Virus record (IMG/VR): IMGVR_UViG_3300028903_000203
Length of the DNA stretch: 64,000 nucleotides
Strand: one strand, 5' to 3'
Source of the DNA: an uncultured virus (IMG/VR IMGVR_UViG_3300028903_000203)
Lineage: Duplodnaviria; Heunggongvirae; Uroviricota; Caudoviricetes
Numbering within the stretch: position 1 is the stretch's first letter; each line of letters begins with the position of its first letter. Positions 28,901-39,588 of this stretch are shown here, in pieces. The translations under genes and the position numbers were made by a program. Below the pieces are notes generated by a model. The model did no database searches. It saw only the letters and a list, made by a program, of their open reading frames with translations, and was not told the origin of the DNA.

Positions 28901-30388
28901 ATGAGCTGTGCAGACTTCTGGCGACAAGAACTGGCGGCCCGCTTGCAGGGCGCAACCTTCATCGCCCCCGGGCAGGTGGATGGTGCAACCCGCTGCAACC
29001 GCGAAGGATGCGGGGAGCTGGTACGGCGGGATACCCAGTGCTGCTTGCGCGGACACCACCAGTCTGGCGGGGCTGATGTCCTGGGCCGGGCTGCTCCCGA
29101 GTTCCAGGCGCTCGATTGTGTGGTGCGCACCTTGCCGTCACCCATCCGGGCCCTGGCGTCCATGCGGGCTTTGATGCAGGGAGACGTCGGAGAGAATTGG
29201 CCCGCTCGCATGGAGCAGGCCCTGGCTGCGCTCGCAGGCGAGCCGGACCTGGACAGTGACCCGCGCATCCAGGCGGCCCGCGCTTTCGTGACGGATTGGC
29301 GGCGGGCGCGGGGTGAAGAGCCGCGCCCGGGCCGCGACGCGCTGCGGCGCTGGCGCAATCTGCCGCCGTCAAACCTGGCCGAAGTGCAGGCCGAAAACCG
29401 GGCCGAGGCCCGCTGGGAAAAGCAGCGCCGAGAGCGCCCCGATTCTCCGGCGATTGTGGAGGAGCTGCCGGAGGAAGGCTGCTTCCGGGTGGGACGCTAC
29501 CAGGTAGACCTGAAAGCGCGCACCTGCACCTGCCGGCGCGGCGGCCCCCAGGATGAGCGCCCCCGTTGCGTGCACCTCTTGGCGGCCAAGCATCACAGTT
29601 TCTCCGGGGACCCCGCCGACTACGAGCATGCGACGGCGCTGCACTACCTGGAGGACTACCTGCACCTGGACAAGCCCCCAGCGGATGCAGCGGCCACTCT
29701 GACAGACGGCGATTTGCACTGGCTGGGGCGGCACACGTTCTCCGCGCGGGTATGTCGGGAGCATCCCGAGGCGGTACGGGCCGGCGCGGTACGCCTGGCC
29801 TTAGTCTTGGAAGCGTTGAAGGCTGACCCCGAACAGAACTCCGTGCGCTCCCTGGGCTTGTATGTACTGACGACCTGGCTGCGGCAGATCGGGGAATCAG
29901 ACGCAGCGGACCAAGCAGCGGCTGAACGGCTGGCATTGGACCGCCAGACACGCCAGCGCTATGTCCAGGCGGCAACCCGTGTCGCTGTGACGGGGACGTT
30001 TCGGCGCAAAGATGAACCGGAGTGGCTAGAGAACGACGATTGGAGAGAGGGGCGCTGGAGCATATCGCTCGACCGTAACTACCACTGTGAGGGCCACTAT
30101 GGTCCCGAACAGACAGTGCACCTGGGGGGGATCAATGTGTCTGTGGACGATCACCTCGGCGGTATGATCGAAAACCAGGCCCATGCCACGGTAGCCGGAG
30201 CGGGCGACCTGGACGCGACGATCACGGGGTTGATCCAGAAAGTTGAGCAGATGTGCCCGCACGAACACGTCGCCGAGCTCGGCGGCGAGGAGCGCCGGCA
30301 AGCCGTGGGCCGGCAGTTGTTTCCAATGGAGCATGTGTGGCGCTGCCGGGACTGTGGGCGAGTGACCATCGTGGACACTAGCGACTAG
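28901..30388 (+). CDS. MSC-leader protein (paralog of 27367)
   Basis: MSCADFWRQEL; first ~140 aa highly similar to 27367, and the same C-terminus MEH.WRC.DCG.V.IVD.SD. Confidence 0.85.
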   Translation: MSCADFWRQELAARLQGATFIAPGQVDGATRCNREGCGELVRRDTQCCLRGHHQSGGADVLGRAAPEFQALDCVVRTLPSPIRALASMRALMQGDVGENWPARMEQALAALAGEPDLDSDPRIQAARAFVTDWRRARGEEPRPGRDALRRWRNLPPSNLAEVQAENRAEARWEKQRRERPDSPAIVEELPEEGCFRVGRYQVDLKARTCTCRRGGPQDERPRCVHLLAAKHHSFSGDPADYEHATALHYLEDYLHLDKPPADAAATLTDGDLHWLGRHTFSARVCREHPEAVRAGAVRLALVLEALKADPEQNSVRSLGLYVLTTWLRQIGESDAADQAAAERLALDRQTRQRYVQAATRVAVTGTFRRKDEPEWLENDDWREGRWSISLDRNYHCEGHYGPEQTVHLGGINVSVDDHLGGMIENQAHATVAGAGDLDATITGLIQKVEQMCPHEHVAELGGEERRQAVGRQLFPMEHVWRCRDCGRVTIVDTSD

Positions 30389-30404
30389 CAGACGGAGGTA
30401 GCCG

Positions 30405-32051
30405 ATGAGTTGCTCTGGAGAACGGAACCGCCAAGCCGGGTCATTACAGGGGCCAGCGCGGGTGTCCACCGGCCAGGTGGACGGGGCGCAGCGCTGCCAG
30501 CACCCGCGCTGCACCCTGCCCATCAACAAGGCCACCGGGCGCTGCCCACGGGGCCACACGCAGGACCGGGCCACGGCATTGCGCGAGGTGTTGGGCCAAG
30601 CGCAGCGCTTTGAAATCTGGCTCCGCGAGGAGGGGGTGAAGCGAGAGTGGGAGCTCAGCAGCGCCAAGGGCTGGCCGCTACCCACGGTGGATTATCCCCT
30701 GCCCGAGGTGGCGGGTACTGACCTCACGCCGGAAGAGATCGAACAGCAGATAGCGGCGGCGGCAGCCTGGTTTCAGTCCATCCCGGAGGGAACCCGCGCG
30801 CGGCTGGACAAGAGGCTGCCGAAGCCTTGGACGATTCCCAGTGTATTCCGTGACGCCGAGCGGCGCTCAGACATGTCTCCCAGCCAGATCGTGATGCAGA
30901 ACATTGCTGACGCGCAGGCTACCGGCAGCGCGAACAAGACGGTGGTTCCCTGCCCCCTCCAGGACAGCCTGCATGGGCTGACCAGCTTTGCCTACGACGT
31001 GGAACACACAACGGGACCGCAAGGAGGGCAGTTTGTGGTGCGTCCGCGAAGTGGCTGGTCTTCCGAGGAGGAGGCATTGCGCCGCGCGGCCGGGGTGGCG
31101 TTGACCGCAACGGAGAAGGGGCCGGCCTGGATTATCCCCGCCGCGCAGGTGGAGCGGGAGATCGGCCGCCTGGAAGCCATGCTCGCGGCCCAGGGAGGGG
31201 CCCGGGGACCATCTGACCTGCGAATCCGCAGCGAGGTGCCTCCGGATCAACGGGACGAGGCCGAAGCCTTCTTGCGGAACGGCATCTGTCAGGTACGCGC
31301 CCTCTTGGTAGACACGCTTGGTTTTGGTGAAACGAGTATCCAGGTGGAAACGGGCCGCGGAAACGTGGCGACCGGCCGCTTTGTCTTGCCGCCGGATGTG
31401 TTGGTGGAAATGGCCCGCCAGTTCGTGGCCGGCGAGGGTTGGACCGGCTTGCGGGGCGAGTGGGGCGTGATTGAGGTCCCCGTGCCGCCCGAGGACCGCG
31501 AGAACGCCTGGGCCTTTCTGCGCAACGGGGAAACCAAGCGGGGCACCGCTTTTGAGTTGAACCTGGCCCCAGGTCGGGCTACCCTCTATATCCACAACAG
31601 CAGGGGCAATGTCAGCAGTGGCTACATTCGGGCCCCGTTGGGCGTGTGGCGGGCCGCGTTTGAGCAGGTCTTGGCCGGCACGCAGGGGACGCGGGAAGAA
31701 GCTGGGTTGCAGGAGCGGCTGAAGCAGGCAGCGGAGGAGTTCATGTCCACCGCCGCCCCCGTTCCCGCAGCTCCGGCCGAGGCCGCCGGAAAGGCCGGCA
31801 AGCCGCGCACCAGCCGCGTGCGGGCGCTGTGCAACCAGGCCATCGAGATGCTCCACAAATGGCAGGATGAGGAAACCGAGGCGCTTGTGGACCAGTTAGC
31901 CCAGGCCACACAGCGAGGCTCGGGCATGGGGGCGGCGCTCGCTGAGTTGGCGGTGTACATCGACCGGAACAACCTGGATGCGGCCGATGAGCCGGCGGAG
32001 CTGGCCCGGCAGATCAGTATCGCCTTGGGCTGGCGGGACGAGAACGATTAG
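30405..32051 (+). CDS. MSC-leader protein with duplicated VPP..R..A.AFLRNG domain
   Basis: GGAGG RBS; MSCSGERNRQ leader. Confidence 0.85.
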   Translation: MSCSGERNRQAGSLQGPARVSTGQVDGAQRCQHPRCTLPINKATGRCPRGHTQDRATALREVLGQAQRFEIWLREEGVKREWELSSAKGWPLPTVDYPLPEVAGTDLTPEEIEQQIAAAAAWFQSIPEGTRARLDKRLPKPWTIPSVFRDAERRSDMSPSQIVMQNIADAQATGSANKTVVPCPLQDSLHGLTSFAYDVEHTTGPQGGQFVVRPRSGWSSEEEALRRAAGVALTATEKGPAWIIPAAQVEREIGRLEAMLAAQGGARGPSDLRIRSEVPPDQRDEAEAFLRNGICQVRALLVDTLGFGETSIQVETGRGNVATGRFVLPPDVLVEMARQFVAGEGWTGLRGEWGVIEVPVPPEDRENAWAFLRNGETKRGTAFELNLAPGRATLYIHNSRGNVSSGYIRAPLGVWRAAFEQVLAGTQGTREEAGLQERLKQAAEEFMSTAAPVPAAPAEAAGKAGKPRTSRVRALCNQAIEMLHKWQDEETEALVDQLAQATQRGSGMGAALAELAVYIDRNNLDAADEPAELARQISIALGWRDEND

Positions 32052-32092
32052 GGTAGGACCCGCCCCGCAGCAAGGGCGGCAGGAGGGCCTCG

Positions 32093-33520
32093 ATGAGCTG
32101 TACTTACGAGTACCAGCAAGAAGTCGGTGTGCTGACGGGGCTGACGTTTGTGGCCGAGGGGCAAATGGATGCGGCGGAGCGCTGCCGTAACCCCCGCTGC
32201 GAGCTGCCGTTGAATCGTCAGGGCAAGTGCCCACGCGGTCATGCCCAGGAAGGATGGGAGGAGGACTGGGAAGCAGTGGGGGAGATGGACGCGCTTCTCG
32301 ACCGGAGCCGGCGGGGATACTATCGGGATAACGACCCCTCGGCCTGGAGCTTGGCAGTGGAAACCTTGCGGCTGGCGCAGATGCTGGAAGTGCCATGTCT
32401 GACGCGGCGAGTGCAGGACTGGGTAACAGAGCTGGGCACGAAGCTGAACCCCCAGGAGCGAGAAGACAGCGTGACCCGTGGGCCGGGTGTCAGCACCGCG
32501 CTCTTGGAGCGGAAGATACACTGGCTGGCTGAAGACGGCCGGACGTTGGCCGGCATGCCGCCGGTACTCGCTGTCCCGCCCCCCTCACGTGAAGCAGCGC
32601 TCGCCGCAGCGGCGCAGATGGTCCTCGACGACGTGAACAGTGAGCCGGAAACTCCGACGCCCTTTGTAACCTGGACGGCAATCAACGACCTGAAACGGGC
32701 GCTGGCGGAGCCGCCCGCAGAGTCCCGGGCTGCACCTGCCGTTGACGCTGCCGCCGCGTTTCGGGCCGCCGCAGGCATGGTACTGGACGACGTGGATGAC
32801 TACGTGCACCGGAACGAACCCGCTCCCTTTGTGACGTGGGCGGCCATCAATGCGCTGCGGCGGGCCGCGCAAGCCGAGCCGGACGTGTTGGCGGAGGAGT
32901 GGGCCCAGCCAGAGGCGTTGGGGCAGTACGTCGCCGAGCACAAAGTCAGAGGCTCTATGCCGCCGGAGTATTACGCCGGGCAGGCTGCCAAGTTGCTGGC
33001 GGAACATGGTCGACTGCCGGCGGCAGTCCAAGAACCACCGGAGCTGGTGCGATTGAAAGCGCACACAGCCGTCGCTCAAATCCTAACCGGCGGAAAGCGG
33101 GTCTATCCCCAGCAACAGCAACAGGCCGGGGCGGCGGTACGGGCGGTGCTGCAAGTCTTGCAGCAGGAACACCCGGAGGTGCGGGCCCTGGGCGAGCGGA
33201 TCGCTGCGGCGGCACGCCAGGCCCAAGAGTCCGGTGCGGTCGTACCTCCGTCGCGCGCGGCGCGGGCCAGCCGAGCCCGCGAACTGTGCCAGGCGGCCCA
33301 AACGCTGCTTCGTACCACCCCAGAGCTTGATGCTATTACCGTGGAACTACTCGCCGACAAGCTGACGCGGGCTATCGAGTGGGGAGAGGGGGTGGACGCG
33401 ACCCTGGACGATGTTTCTCATTTTCTGGAGGATGTGCCCACAGACGAGGCTGCCGCGCTCGTGGATCAGATGTTTGCGTTTTGGACCGAGATGGGCGTGA
33501 GCGAGGACAGCAGGGGTTGA
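32093..33520 (+). CDS. MSC-leader protein with duplicated MVLDDV...PFVTW.AIN.L.RA motif
   Basis: AGGAGG RBS; MSCTYEYQQE leader; C-terminal SR.R.LC..A helix bundle shared with 30405. Confidence 0.85.
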   Translation: MSCTYEYQQEVGVLTGLTFVAEGQMDAAERCRNPRCELPLNRQGKCPRGHAQEGWEEDWEAVGEMDALLDRSRRGYYRDNDPSAWSLAVETLRLAQMLEVPCLTRRVQDWVTELGTKLNPQEREDSVTRGPGVSTALLERKIHWLAEDGRTLAGMPPVLAVPPPSREAALAAAAQMVLDDVNSEPETPTPFVTWTAINDLKRALAEPPAESRAAPAVDAAAAFRAAAGMVLDDVDDYVHRNEPAPFVTWAAINALRRAAQAEPDVLAEEWAQPEALGQYVAEHKVRGSMPPEYYAGQAAKLLAEHGRLPAAVQEPPELVRLKAHTAVAQILTGGKRVYPQQQQQAGAAVRAVLQVLQQEHPEVRALGERIAAAARQAQESGAVVPPSRAARASRARELCQAAQTLLRTTPELDAITVELLADKLTRAIEWGEGVDATLDDVSHFLEDVPTDEAAALVDQMFAFWTEMGVSEDSRG

Positions 33521-33522
33521 GG

Positions 33523-33978
33523 ATGAGCTGTAAGGGCGAGGCGGAAGAACAAGCGCGGGCGTTGGCCCCGGTGACGAGAATAGCCCCGGCCCAGGTGGAT
33601 GGGGCGGGGCATGGCCCACCTGCGGCAGCCCCTAGTGCGTCCAGCGACGTGCCGGTGCAGAGCTTCGACGAGTTCTGCGTGGCGCGGGGGGTGCCGAGTA
33701 GTCCCCCCAGTGATGAGTCCCTCCACCGGGGCAGCCACCACGTGTCGGGGGTGCAGCAAAAGCGGGCCTGGGCGCGGGCAGACCGGGATGGGCGAGAGTG
33801 GGCGGCCCGCCGGGCGGCGCTCTACCAGGAGTGGCAACATCTTGCCGCCCGGGGCCAGGTGCGCGAGCCCACCTATGAGGAGCGCCTCATCCGGACGGCC
33901 CAGGGGCACGAGGACAATGAATCTACTCAGGCGGCCCGGCGGGTACTTGCCAAGCGGGGCATCACATGGAACTGCTAA
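33523..33978 (+). CDS. MSC-leader protein lacking the leader Zn finger
   Basis: MSCKGEAEEQ...AQVDGA is followed directly by a low-complexity linker and cargo. Confidence 0.8.
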   Translation: MSCKGEAEEQARALAPVTRIAPAQVDGAGHGPPAAAPSASSDVPVQSFDEFCVARGVPSSPPSDESLHRGSHHVSGVQQKRAWARADRDGREWAARRAALYQEWQHLAARGQVREPTYEERLIRTAQGHEDNESTQAARRVLAKRGITWNC

Positions 33979-33987
33979 GGAGGACCA

Positions 33988-34749
33988 ATGAGCTGTAAGG
34001 GCAGATGGGCCCAGATTGCCAACGGCCTGGGGGCGGCACGGGTCGCCAATGGGCAAGTGGATGCGGCAGACCGCTGCAAGGACCGGCGCTGCCACCGGCC
34101 CTTGCGGCGTGACGGAACCTGCGTGGAAGGCCATCCCCAGGTGCGCGAGGCCGCCATTCGTGCCGCCGTGGGGCAGGTGGGACGTTGGTGGGATAAGTTC
34201 AACGATATGGGGGGGTGGGGAAAGCGCCTTGCTCAACTCAACAGCATTGCCCAGCGCGTGGGGGGCTTTCCACTTGCCCCGACAAGCTGGCTGTCCGTTG
34301 ACACGGCCCCCCTGGAGGCCCAGGAACAGTGGCTGCGTGACATCCAGGCATGGGTAGACCGTGCACCTGCTGATGACCTGGCGGTGATAGAGGGCAGTAT
34401 CGAAGCGGAGTTTGGCGGCGGCGTGTTTCCCTACGGCGACATTGCCGCCGCACTGGAGATGCCGACGGTGGAAGAAGCGGCCGGGGTCTTTGCGCCGGAG
34501 GACCTCAACGCGGCCTTGCTGTGCATCGTCGCCGAGGTGCAGGAGGGGGCGGGCGACATCTGGGAGGACGACCCCCGGGTACGGGCGGCGCGGCAGGCCC
34601 AGGGTAAACCCGCGCAGGCCCGGGACGCTATCGCCGGTCTGGTCGAGGTGTTCGACGAGTGGGAGGAGCAGGGGCTGCGCGACTGGGTGGCCGATCCCCG
34701 TGTGCAAGTGGCGCGGCTATACATGGCGCAGCCCGCCCCAGCGGAGTAG
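33988..34749 (+). CDS. MSC-leader protein with two DPRV motifs
   Basis: AAGGAGG RBS; MSCKGRWAQI leader. Confidence 0.85.
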   Translation: MSCKGRWAQIANGLGAARVANGQVDAADRCKDRRCHRPLRRDGTCVEGHPQVREAAIRAAVGQVGRWWDKFNDMGGWGKRLAQLNSIAQRVGGFPLAPTSWLSVDTAPLEAQEQWLRDIQAWVDRAPADDLAVIEGSIEAEFGGGVFPYGDIAAALEMPTVEEAAGVFAPEDLNAALLCIVAEVQEGAGDIWEDDPRVRAARQAQGKPAQARDAIAGLVEVFDEWEEQGLRDWVADPRVQVARLYMAQPAPAE

Positions 34750-34764
34750 TTGGACGAGGTACGG

Positions 34765-36036
34765 ATGAGCTGCAAAGGCGAGGCGGAAGAACAAGCCCGA
34801 GCGTTGGAGCAGGCGACGCGCACAGCCTTGAGCCAGGCGGACGCGGTAGCGCGCTGCGTCCAGGAGGGCTGCCATCTGCCGCTCATCAATGGCCGCGATT
34901 GCCCGCGCGGCCATTCGCAGGTCCCGGCCTGGCCTTCAATGCAGGAGCAGACCGTGCGCGCGGCGCGCACTCTACTCGGCCAGCCAGCGGTGCAGCAGGT
35001 TCTGGCGGCCAGCGATGAGGCGGCGCTGGTGAGCCTGGGATCGGGCCCGGCGGCGGTGTTTGTGATCGTCAGCCGGCAGAAGCAACGGCTCACGTACTGG
35101 CATGCCACGCTGTCCGGGGTTGTGCTGGCCAGCGACATCGTACCGCCGTTGGCGGTCGAGGAGGACGAGGACGGCACCCCGCAGTTTGCGGACGCCTTGG
35201 AGTGGCTGCAAACCGTGAACTGCGGGCAGGCCCACTGCCCGCGCTGCGGGCACCTGCTGCCGCCCGACGCCAGGCATGCGTGTCCCGCCGGGACCGGTGG
35301 AGCTGCCCCTGGTGTGCGCCGCACGGAGGACGAAGAGTGGGCCCTTATCAACCGGCTGGTGCCCCAGGTGAAAGAGCTGGACAAGGTGATGCGCCAGCGG
35401 CGGTGGGGGGCCGAGACTCGGCTGGGAGCGTGGCCCTTTATCAAGGCGGTGATGCAGGCGGTCGAGCAAATCGAGCGGCCGGCCTTCGACCGGCATTACG
35501 AGTGTCCTCAGTGTGGCGCAGTGGTGCAGCCCACCTACGCTGGGGAACGGCAGCACTTTGCCTGTCCCTGTGGGTGGGGCGGAGTGGCCCGCTCCCGGGG
35601 GGATGGTGCTTGCGAGACGAACGGCCAGCCGAAACCAAGATGGATCGAGCGGCCCAACCTGGCCCAGCGCTTCATCAGCTCATTCCAGAAGCCGTACCTT
35701 TGGCGCTTTCTCCGCATCCCCCACTTTCCCGACCTGCACCTGGATACGGTGGCGTCTTCGGATAGCCTGACTGACTTACAGATGTGTGGCATCAACCTGG
35801 CGGATTACCTGGAGTGGTACGAGCAGCGGGCCCAGGAGTACCTGGCCTACCTGGGCCGGCTGCGCGGCAACTGGCCGCCGATCCCGAAATGCACCACGGT
35901 CAAAGAGCTGGTCCAATGGGCCACGAAGGTCCTCCGCGCCAATGCCCTGCCGCCGTCGCCGTGGGTGACCACCCCCTTTCGGACGGCTGACGGGGCGCGG
36001 CCCCAACTGCCGCTGCTATTGGAGGTTGAAAGATGA
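34765..36036 (+). CDS. MSC-leader protein with HCxxCG...HxCP and CxxC...CxC Zn fingers
   Basis: GAGGT RBS; MSCKGEAEEQ leader. Confidence 0.85.
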   Translation: MSCKGEAEEQARALEQATRTALSQADAVARCVQEGCHLPLINGRDCPRGHSQVPAWPSMQEQTVRAARTLLGQPAVQQVLAASDEAALVSLGSGPAAVFVIVSRQKQRLTYWHATLSGVVLASDIVPPLAVEEDEDGTPQFADALEWLQTVNCGQAHCPRCGHLLPPDARHACPAGTGGAAPGVRRTEDEEWALINRLVPQVKELDKVMRQRRWGAETRLGAWPFIKAVMQAVEQIERPAFDRHYECPQCGAVVQPTYAGERQHFACPCGWGGVARSRGDGACETNGQPKPRWIERPNLAQRFISSFQKPYLWRFLRIPHFPDLHLDTVASSDSLTDLQMCGINLADYLEWYEQRAQEYLAYLGRLRGNWPPIPKCTTVKELVQWATKVLRANALPPSPWVTTPFRTADGARPQLPLLLEVER

Positions 36037-37802
36037 GTTGTAAAGACTTCTGGGAAAAAGAGATGGCCGGTCGGTTGGCCGGGGCAAGCCGGGTGGCGGC
36101 GGGTCAAGTAGACGGTGGGCAGCATTGTGATCGCGCCGGCTGTACTGCCCTGGTCAACCTGGCTACCTCCACCTGTCTGCGGGGCCACCTCCAGGGGGCC
36201 GCGCGCCCGGCGTTAGTGGAGCAGGCTGTGGCCTTGACCGATGCGCTGTTCTGCCTGCTCGACGAGGTGCGGGCGGCGGACCCGGCAGCCACAGCGCGGC
36301 TGGCCGATGATAACCGCTTGTTGTATGCGCAGGTAGCCCAGGTGGTAGCACAGGACGGCAACCTGGATCGTGCCTGGGAGCTCCGGGTGCGGGACGCCCA
36401 GCGCGGCGGGCTCGTGCGGCAGGAAGTCCTCCGCAACATGGATGCGGCCCAAGCGGAAGCTGCCGCCAGCGAGTGCCGCGCGCAGGGCTACCTTGCCCTG
36501 GCCCAGCCGTTGCGCGAGTTGGCCGCCGCCCAGTTCCCTTTGACCGAGTGGTGGGACGGGCGTGAATTGACCACCCCGGTGCAGCGGCTGCTTTCCATCA
36601 TCACCGGCTTGCGGGCGTATGATGGGCAGGATCGGGAAGGCGACCCGCGCGTGCGGGCGGCGCGGGAGTTTATCCTCACCTGTGGGGTGGAAGGCGAGAT
36701 TACCCCCGCGCGCAGAGCGGTGGACATGGTGCGCGGGCAGGCCGAGTGGCTGGGCGTGGACATGGGCAAGGTCGGCACGGTGGCTGTGCCGCTGGAACAA
36801 CTAACGCACTATGCCCTGCTGCTGTGGCAAGAGTGCGACACCCTGGAGCGCAACTTTGGCCGGGAACTGACCGGCGAGGACCGCCGCACTGTAGGGCAGG
36901 CGCGGGATACTGCGCTCCATGTGCTGGAGCGGCACGCCCATCCCCAGCAGGCCGTGGCTGAGTTTTATGGCTGGGGGGAGCAAGATGCGCGCCTGTTGTT
37001 GGAGGTCGGGGGGGCCCAGGCTGGGGCGCTGCTAGGACAGGCCAGTATCCTGGCCCCGCGGGTAGCGGCGGGCCGGCAAGCCCGCACGATGCTCGACGCG
37101 CTGGAAGCGCAGTATCGTGACGACCAGGCGGGGAATAGCACGGAGCGTTTGGGCCCACCGCAAGTGGAAACGCTCCTGGATGCCGACCGGCTGCGGGCGG
37201 TAGTGGGGCAGACGGTAGACGACACCCCGGCGAACAGGTTTGTGGTCCGGACCGTGGACCGCCTGACGGACTACCGCGAACTCCGCTATGAGGTGGGGGC
37301 CCAGCCCAATCGGGTGCGCCACATGGTGCTCCAGAGCCTGCGGCTGTGGGATGGGGTCAATTCTGCGACGCAGGCGACGCCGACCAGGTGGCTCCGCGCG
37401 AAAGCGCGCGAACTAGGTCTGCCCCCCGTGTTGGCGGCGAATACATCCCGGCGCGGCTTGGTGGATTGGCTCAAGGAGTCGGCCACCGCCGCCGGACGCG
37501 AGGATATGACCACGGTTCTGACGCAGCACCTCTGGACCCCCCGGAAGGCGGTGGTGGCGGAGGACCGCGGCGGGCGCGAGCGGCGCTTCCGGGCGGGGGA
37601 CGTGGTGGAAGTGGAGGGTCCGGCAGGGCCGGTGCGGCGCGTAGTGGCGAGTTGCCTGGTTCAAGCGCAGGCGGCCAGTGAAGGACCACAGGCGCTGCTG
37701 GTCATGCAGCCGGTGGAAAGCACGATGGGCCGGCCCGACCGTTTCCCCGCTGCGGCTGCGCGTTACATCGGTCGACCAGAGGAGGCAGTCCATGAGCTGT
37801 AA
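36033..37802 (+). CDS. MSC-leader protein with C-terminal SH3/KOW-like domain (paralog of 37792)
   Basis: ATGA overlap; CD.LERNFGRE.T..DR, ATPT.WLR.KA..LGL.PVLAAN and GRERRFRAGDVVEV. Confidence 0.85.
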   Translation: MSCKDFWEKEMAGRLAGASRVAAGQVDGGQHCDRAGCTALVNLATSTCLRGHLQGAARPALVEQAVALTDALFCLLDEVRAADPAATARLADDNRLLYAQVAQVVAQDGNLDRAWELRVRDAQRGGLVRQEVLRNMDAAQAEAAASECRAQGYLALAQPLRELAAAQFPLTEWWDGRELTTPVQRLLSIITGLRAYDGQDREGDPRVRAAREFILTCGVEGEITPARRAVDMVRGQAEWLGVDMGKVGTVAVPLEQLTHYALLLWQECDTLERNFGRELTGEDRRTVGQARDTALHVLERHAHPQQAVAEFYGWGEQDARLLLEVGGAQAGALLGQASILAPRVAAGRQARTMLDALEAQYRDDQAGNSTERLGPPQVETLLDADRLRAVVGQTVDDTPANRFVVRTVDRLTDYRELRYEVGAQPNRVRHMVLQSLRLWDGVNSATQATPTRWLRAKARELGLPPVLAANTSRRGLVDWLKESATAAGREDMTTVLTQHLWTPRKAVVAEDRGGRERRFRAGDVVEVEGPAGPVRRVVASCLVQAQAASEGPQALLVMQPVESTMGRPDRFPAAAARYIGRPEEAVHEL

Positions 37803-39588
37803 GGAGTATTGGGAACAGCAGTTGGCCGGGCCGCTGGCCTCCGCCACGCGGGTTGCACCGGCCCAGGTGGACGGGGCCCAGTACTGCGACCACGCAGGCT
37901 GTAAGGCGCTGGTCATCCGGTCTACCAATACCTGTGTGGCGGGCCATCGCCAGGGAGATGCCGCTATCGAGGCGTTGGCCCCGCGCCTGGTGGATGGTCT
38001 TGTATGCCTGTGCAACGAGATGGACGAGGATGGGGCGGGGCTGGAAACAGACGACCGCGTGATCTTCGCCCGCTACATGCAGGCCCGCCAGCAGGGGATA
38101 GCGCCAGACCAGTGCTGGGTAGCGCGGTTCTCCGGCCCGGGCCGCCCTGAATCGCGGCGCAACTATGTTGGCATGCCCAGAGGTGAGGCCGAGGCCATGG
38201 CCTACTCTCACTGGCGCGGTTACTTTGACGAGGGCGAGGCCGCCTGGGATGTCGAGCCGATGGCACCCTATCTGCAAGGGGCGTTAGGCATAGATGCCCT
38301 GGAAGGAACGGACCAGGAGCTGGCCGACCGCGCCGTGCGCGGGCTAGTCGAAGCCCTGGGGGACGCGGATCGGCACTGGGGCGAGACAGAGGACCCCCGG
38401 TTCAAAGTGGGCCAGGCGTATGCGACGGGCCAGGCTGCGGTATCCCCCTCCTACGTCCAGAAGGCGTTGGCTGGAATCACCAACCAAGGGAGCTGGTTAC
38501 GGAAGGACTTGGACGCCCATGCCCAACAGACTGGGTGGCGGGAGAAGCTGGCGCGACAGGCGTTGGGACTGTGGGGTGACTGTGACTCCCTGGAGCGTAA
38601 CTTTGGGCGGGAGATGACCGCGGCGGACCGCGCGGAACTCCAACTGACGCGCGAAACCGCACTCGCGGCCCTGGAGCCGTACTCGCGGCCCCAACTGGCG
38701 GCGACGTTGGCCGATTTCTACGATTGGGGTGAAGAAGGGGCTCGCGCGCTACAACGAATCCCGGGCTGGGCGGCGCAGACGCCAGTGCAGATACTGGCGC
38801 AGGCCACAACCTTGGCCGACCGCGTTAGCGCGGGGCTGTTCGCCCGCCGCGAGCTCGACTGGATGGAAGAACGGTGCAGCCCCAACCTGCCGGGCGACTA
38901 TGCGGATCGGCTGAACCCCCAGGCAGTGGAGCGATTACTCGATGTGGGGCGAAGTCTGGAACTGGCGTGGAGCGGTACGGGGGCTACCGAGGAAGACGGA
39001 TTTGTACTGCGGGCGGTAGACGATCTCACAGAGTATCGGCGGAAGGCGCGGGGACCAGGTACTTTCACGGCCTCCAATCGCCTCTTACACATGCGGCAGC
39101 AAAGACTCGACGCATGGAAGATGGTGCAATACTCGACGAGCGCCACTCCTACTAAGTGGCTCCGCGAAAAGGCGGCGGCGTTGGGCTTAGCTCCAGTGCT
39201 GGCGGCTAATGCCTCCCGCGCCGAGCTGTCGGATTGGCTCCTGGGTTCAGCGACAGAGGAAGGTTGCGAGAATGACGCCGCGATCATCGCCCATCGCCTG
39301 TGGGACCGGCGGCGAGCAGTGGTCGCCCCCGACCGCACGGGGCGCGAGCGCCGCTTCCGGGCCGGTGATGTCGTGGAGGTCAGCACCCCGCGGGGCCCGG
39401 TGCGGTACGTGGTCGCGGGGGCGTTCATTGAGCATCCGGAGGCGGAGGCGGAAGGCGCGGAGCCCACGTACCGCGCAGTTTTGGTGATGCAAGTAGGCGA
39501 TACGCCAGCGGGCCAGCCGACCCTATTCCCGGCGTCTGAGGTCAAGTTCCTCAGTCACCCCAAGAAGGAGGAAACCCATGAGCTGTAA
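37792..39588 (+). CDS. MSC-leader protein (paralog of 36033)
   Basis: GAGGAGG RBS; MSCKEYWEQQ leader; 11-bp overlap with the upstream gene. Confidence 0.85.
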   Translation: MSCKEYWEQQLAGPLASATRVAPAQVDGAQYCDHAGCKALVIRSTNTCVAGHRQGDAAIEALAPRLVDGLVCLCNEMDEDGAGLETDDRVIFARYMQARQQGIAPDQCWVARFSGPGRPESRRNYVGMPRGEAEAMAYSHWRGYFDEGEAAWDVEPMAPYLQGALGIDALEGTDQELADRAVRGLVEALGDADRHWGETEDPRFKVGQAYATGQAAVSPSYVQKALAGITNQGSWLRKDLDAHAQQTGWREKLARQALGLWGDCDSLERNFGREMTAADRAELQLTRETALAALEPYSRPQLAATLADFYDWGEEGARALQRIPGWAAQTPVQILAQATTLADRVSAGLFARRELDWMEERCSPNLPGDYADRLNPQAVERLLDVGRSLELAWSGTGATEEDGFVLRAVDDLTEYRRKARGPGTFTASNRLLHMRQQRLDAWKMVQYSTSATPTKWLREKAAALGLAPVLAANASRAELSDWLLGSATEEGCENDAAIIAHRLWDRRRAVVAPDRTGRERRFRAGDVVEVSTPRGPVRYVVAGAFIEHPEAEAEGAEPTYRAVLVMQVGDTPAGQPTLFPASEVKFLSHPKKEETHEL

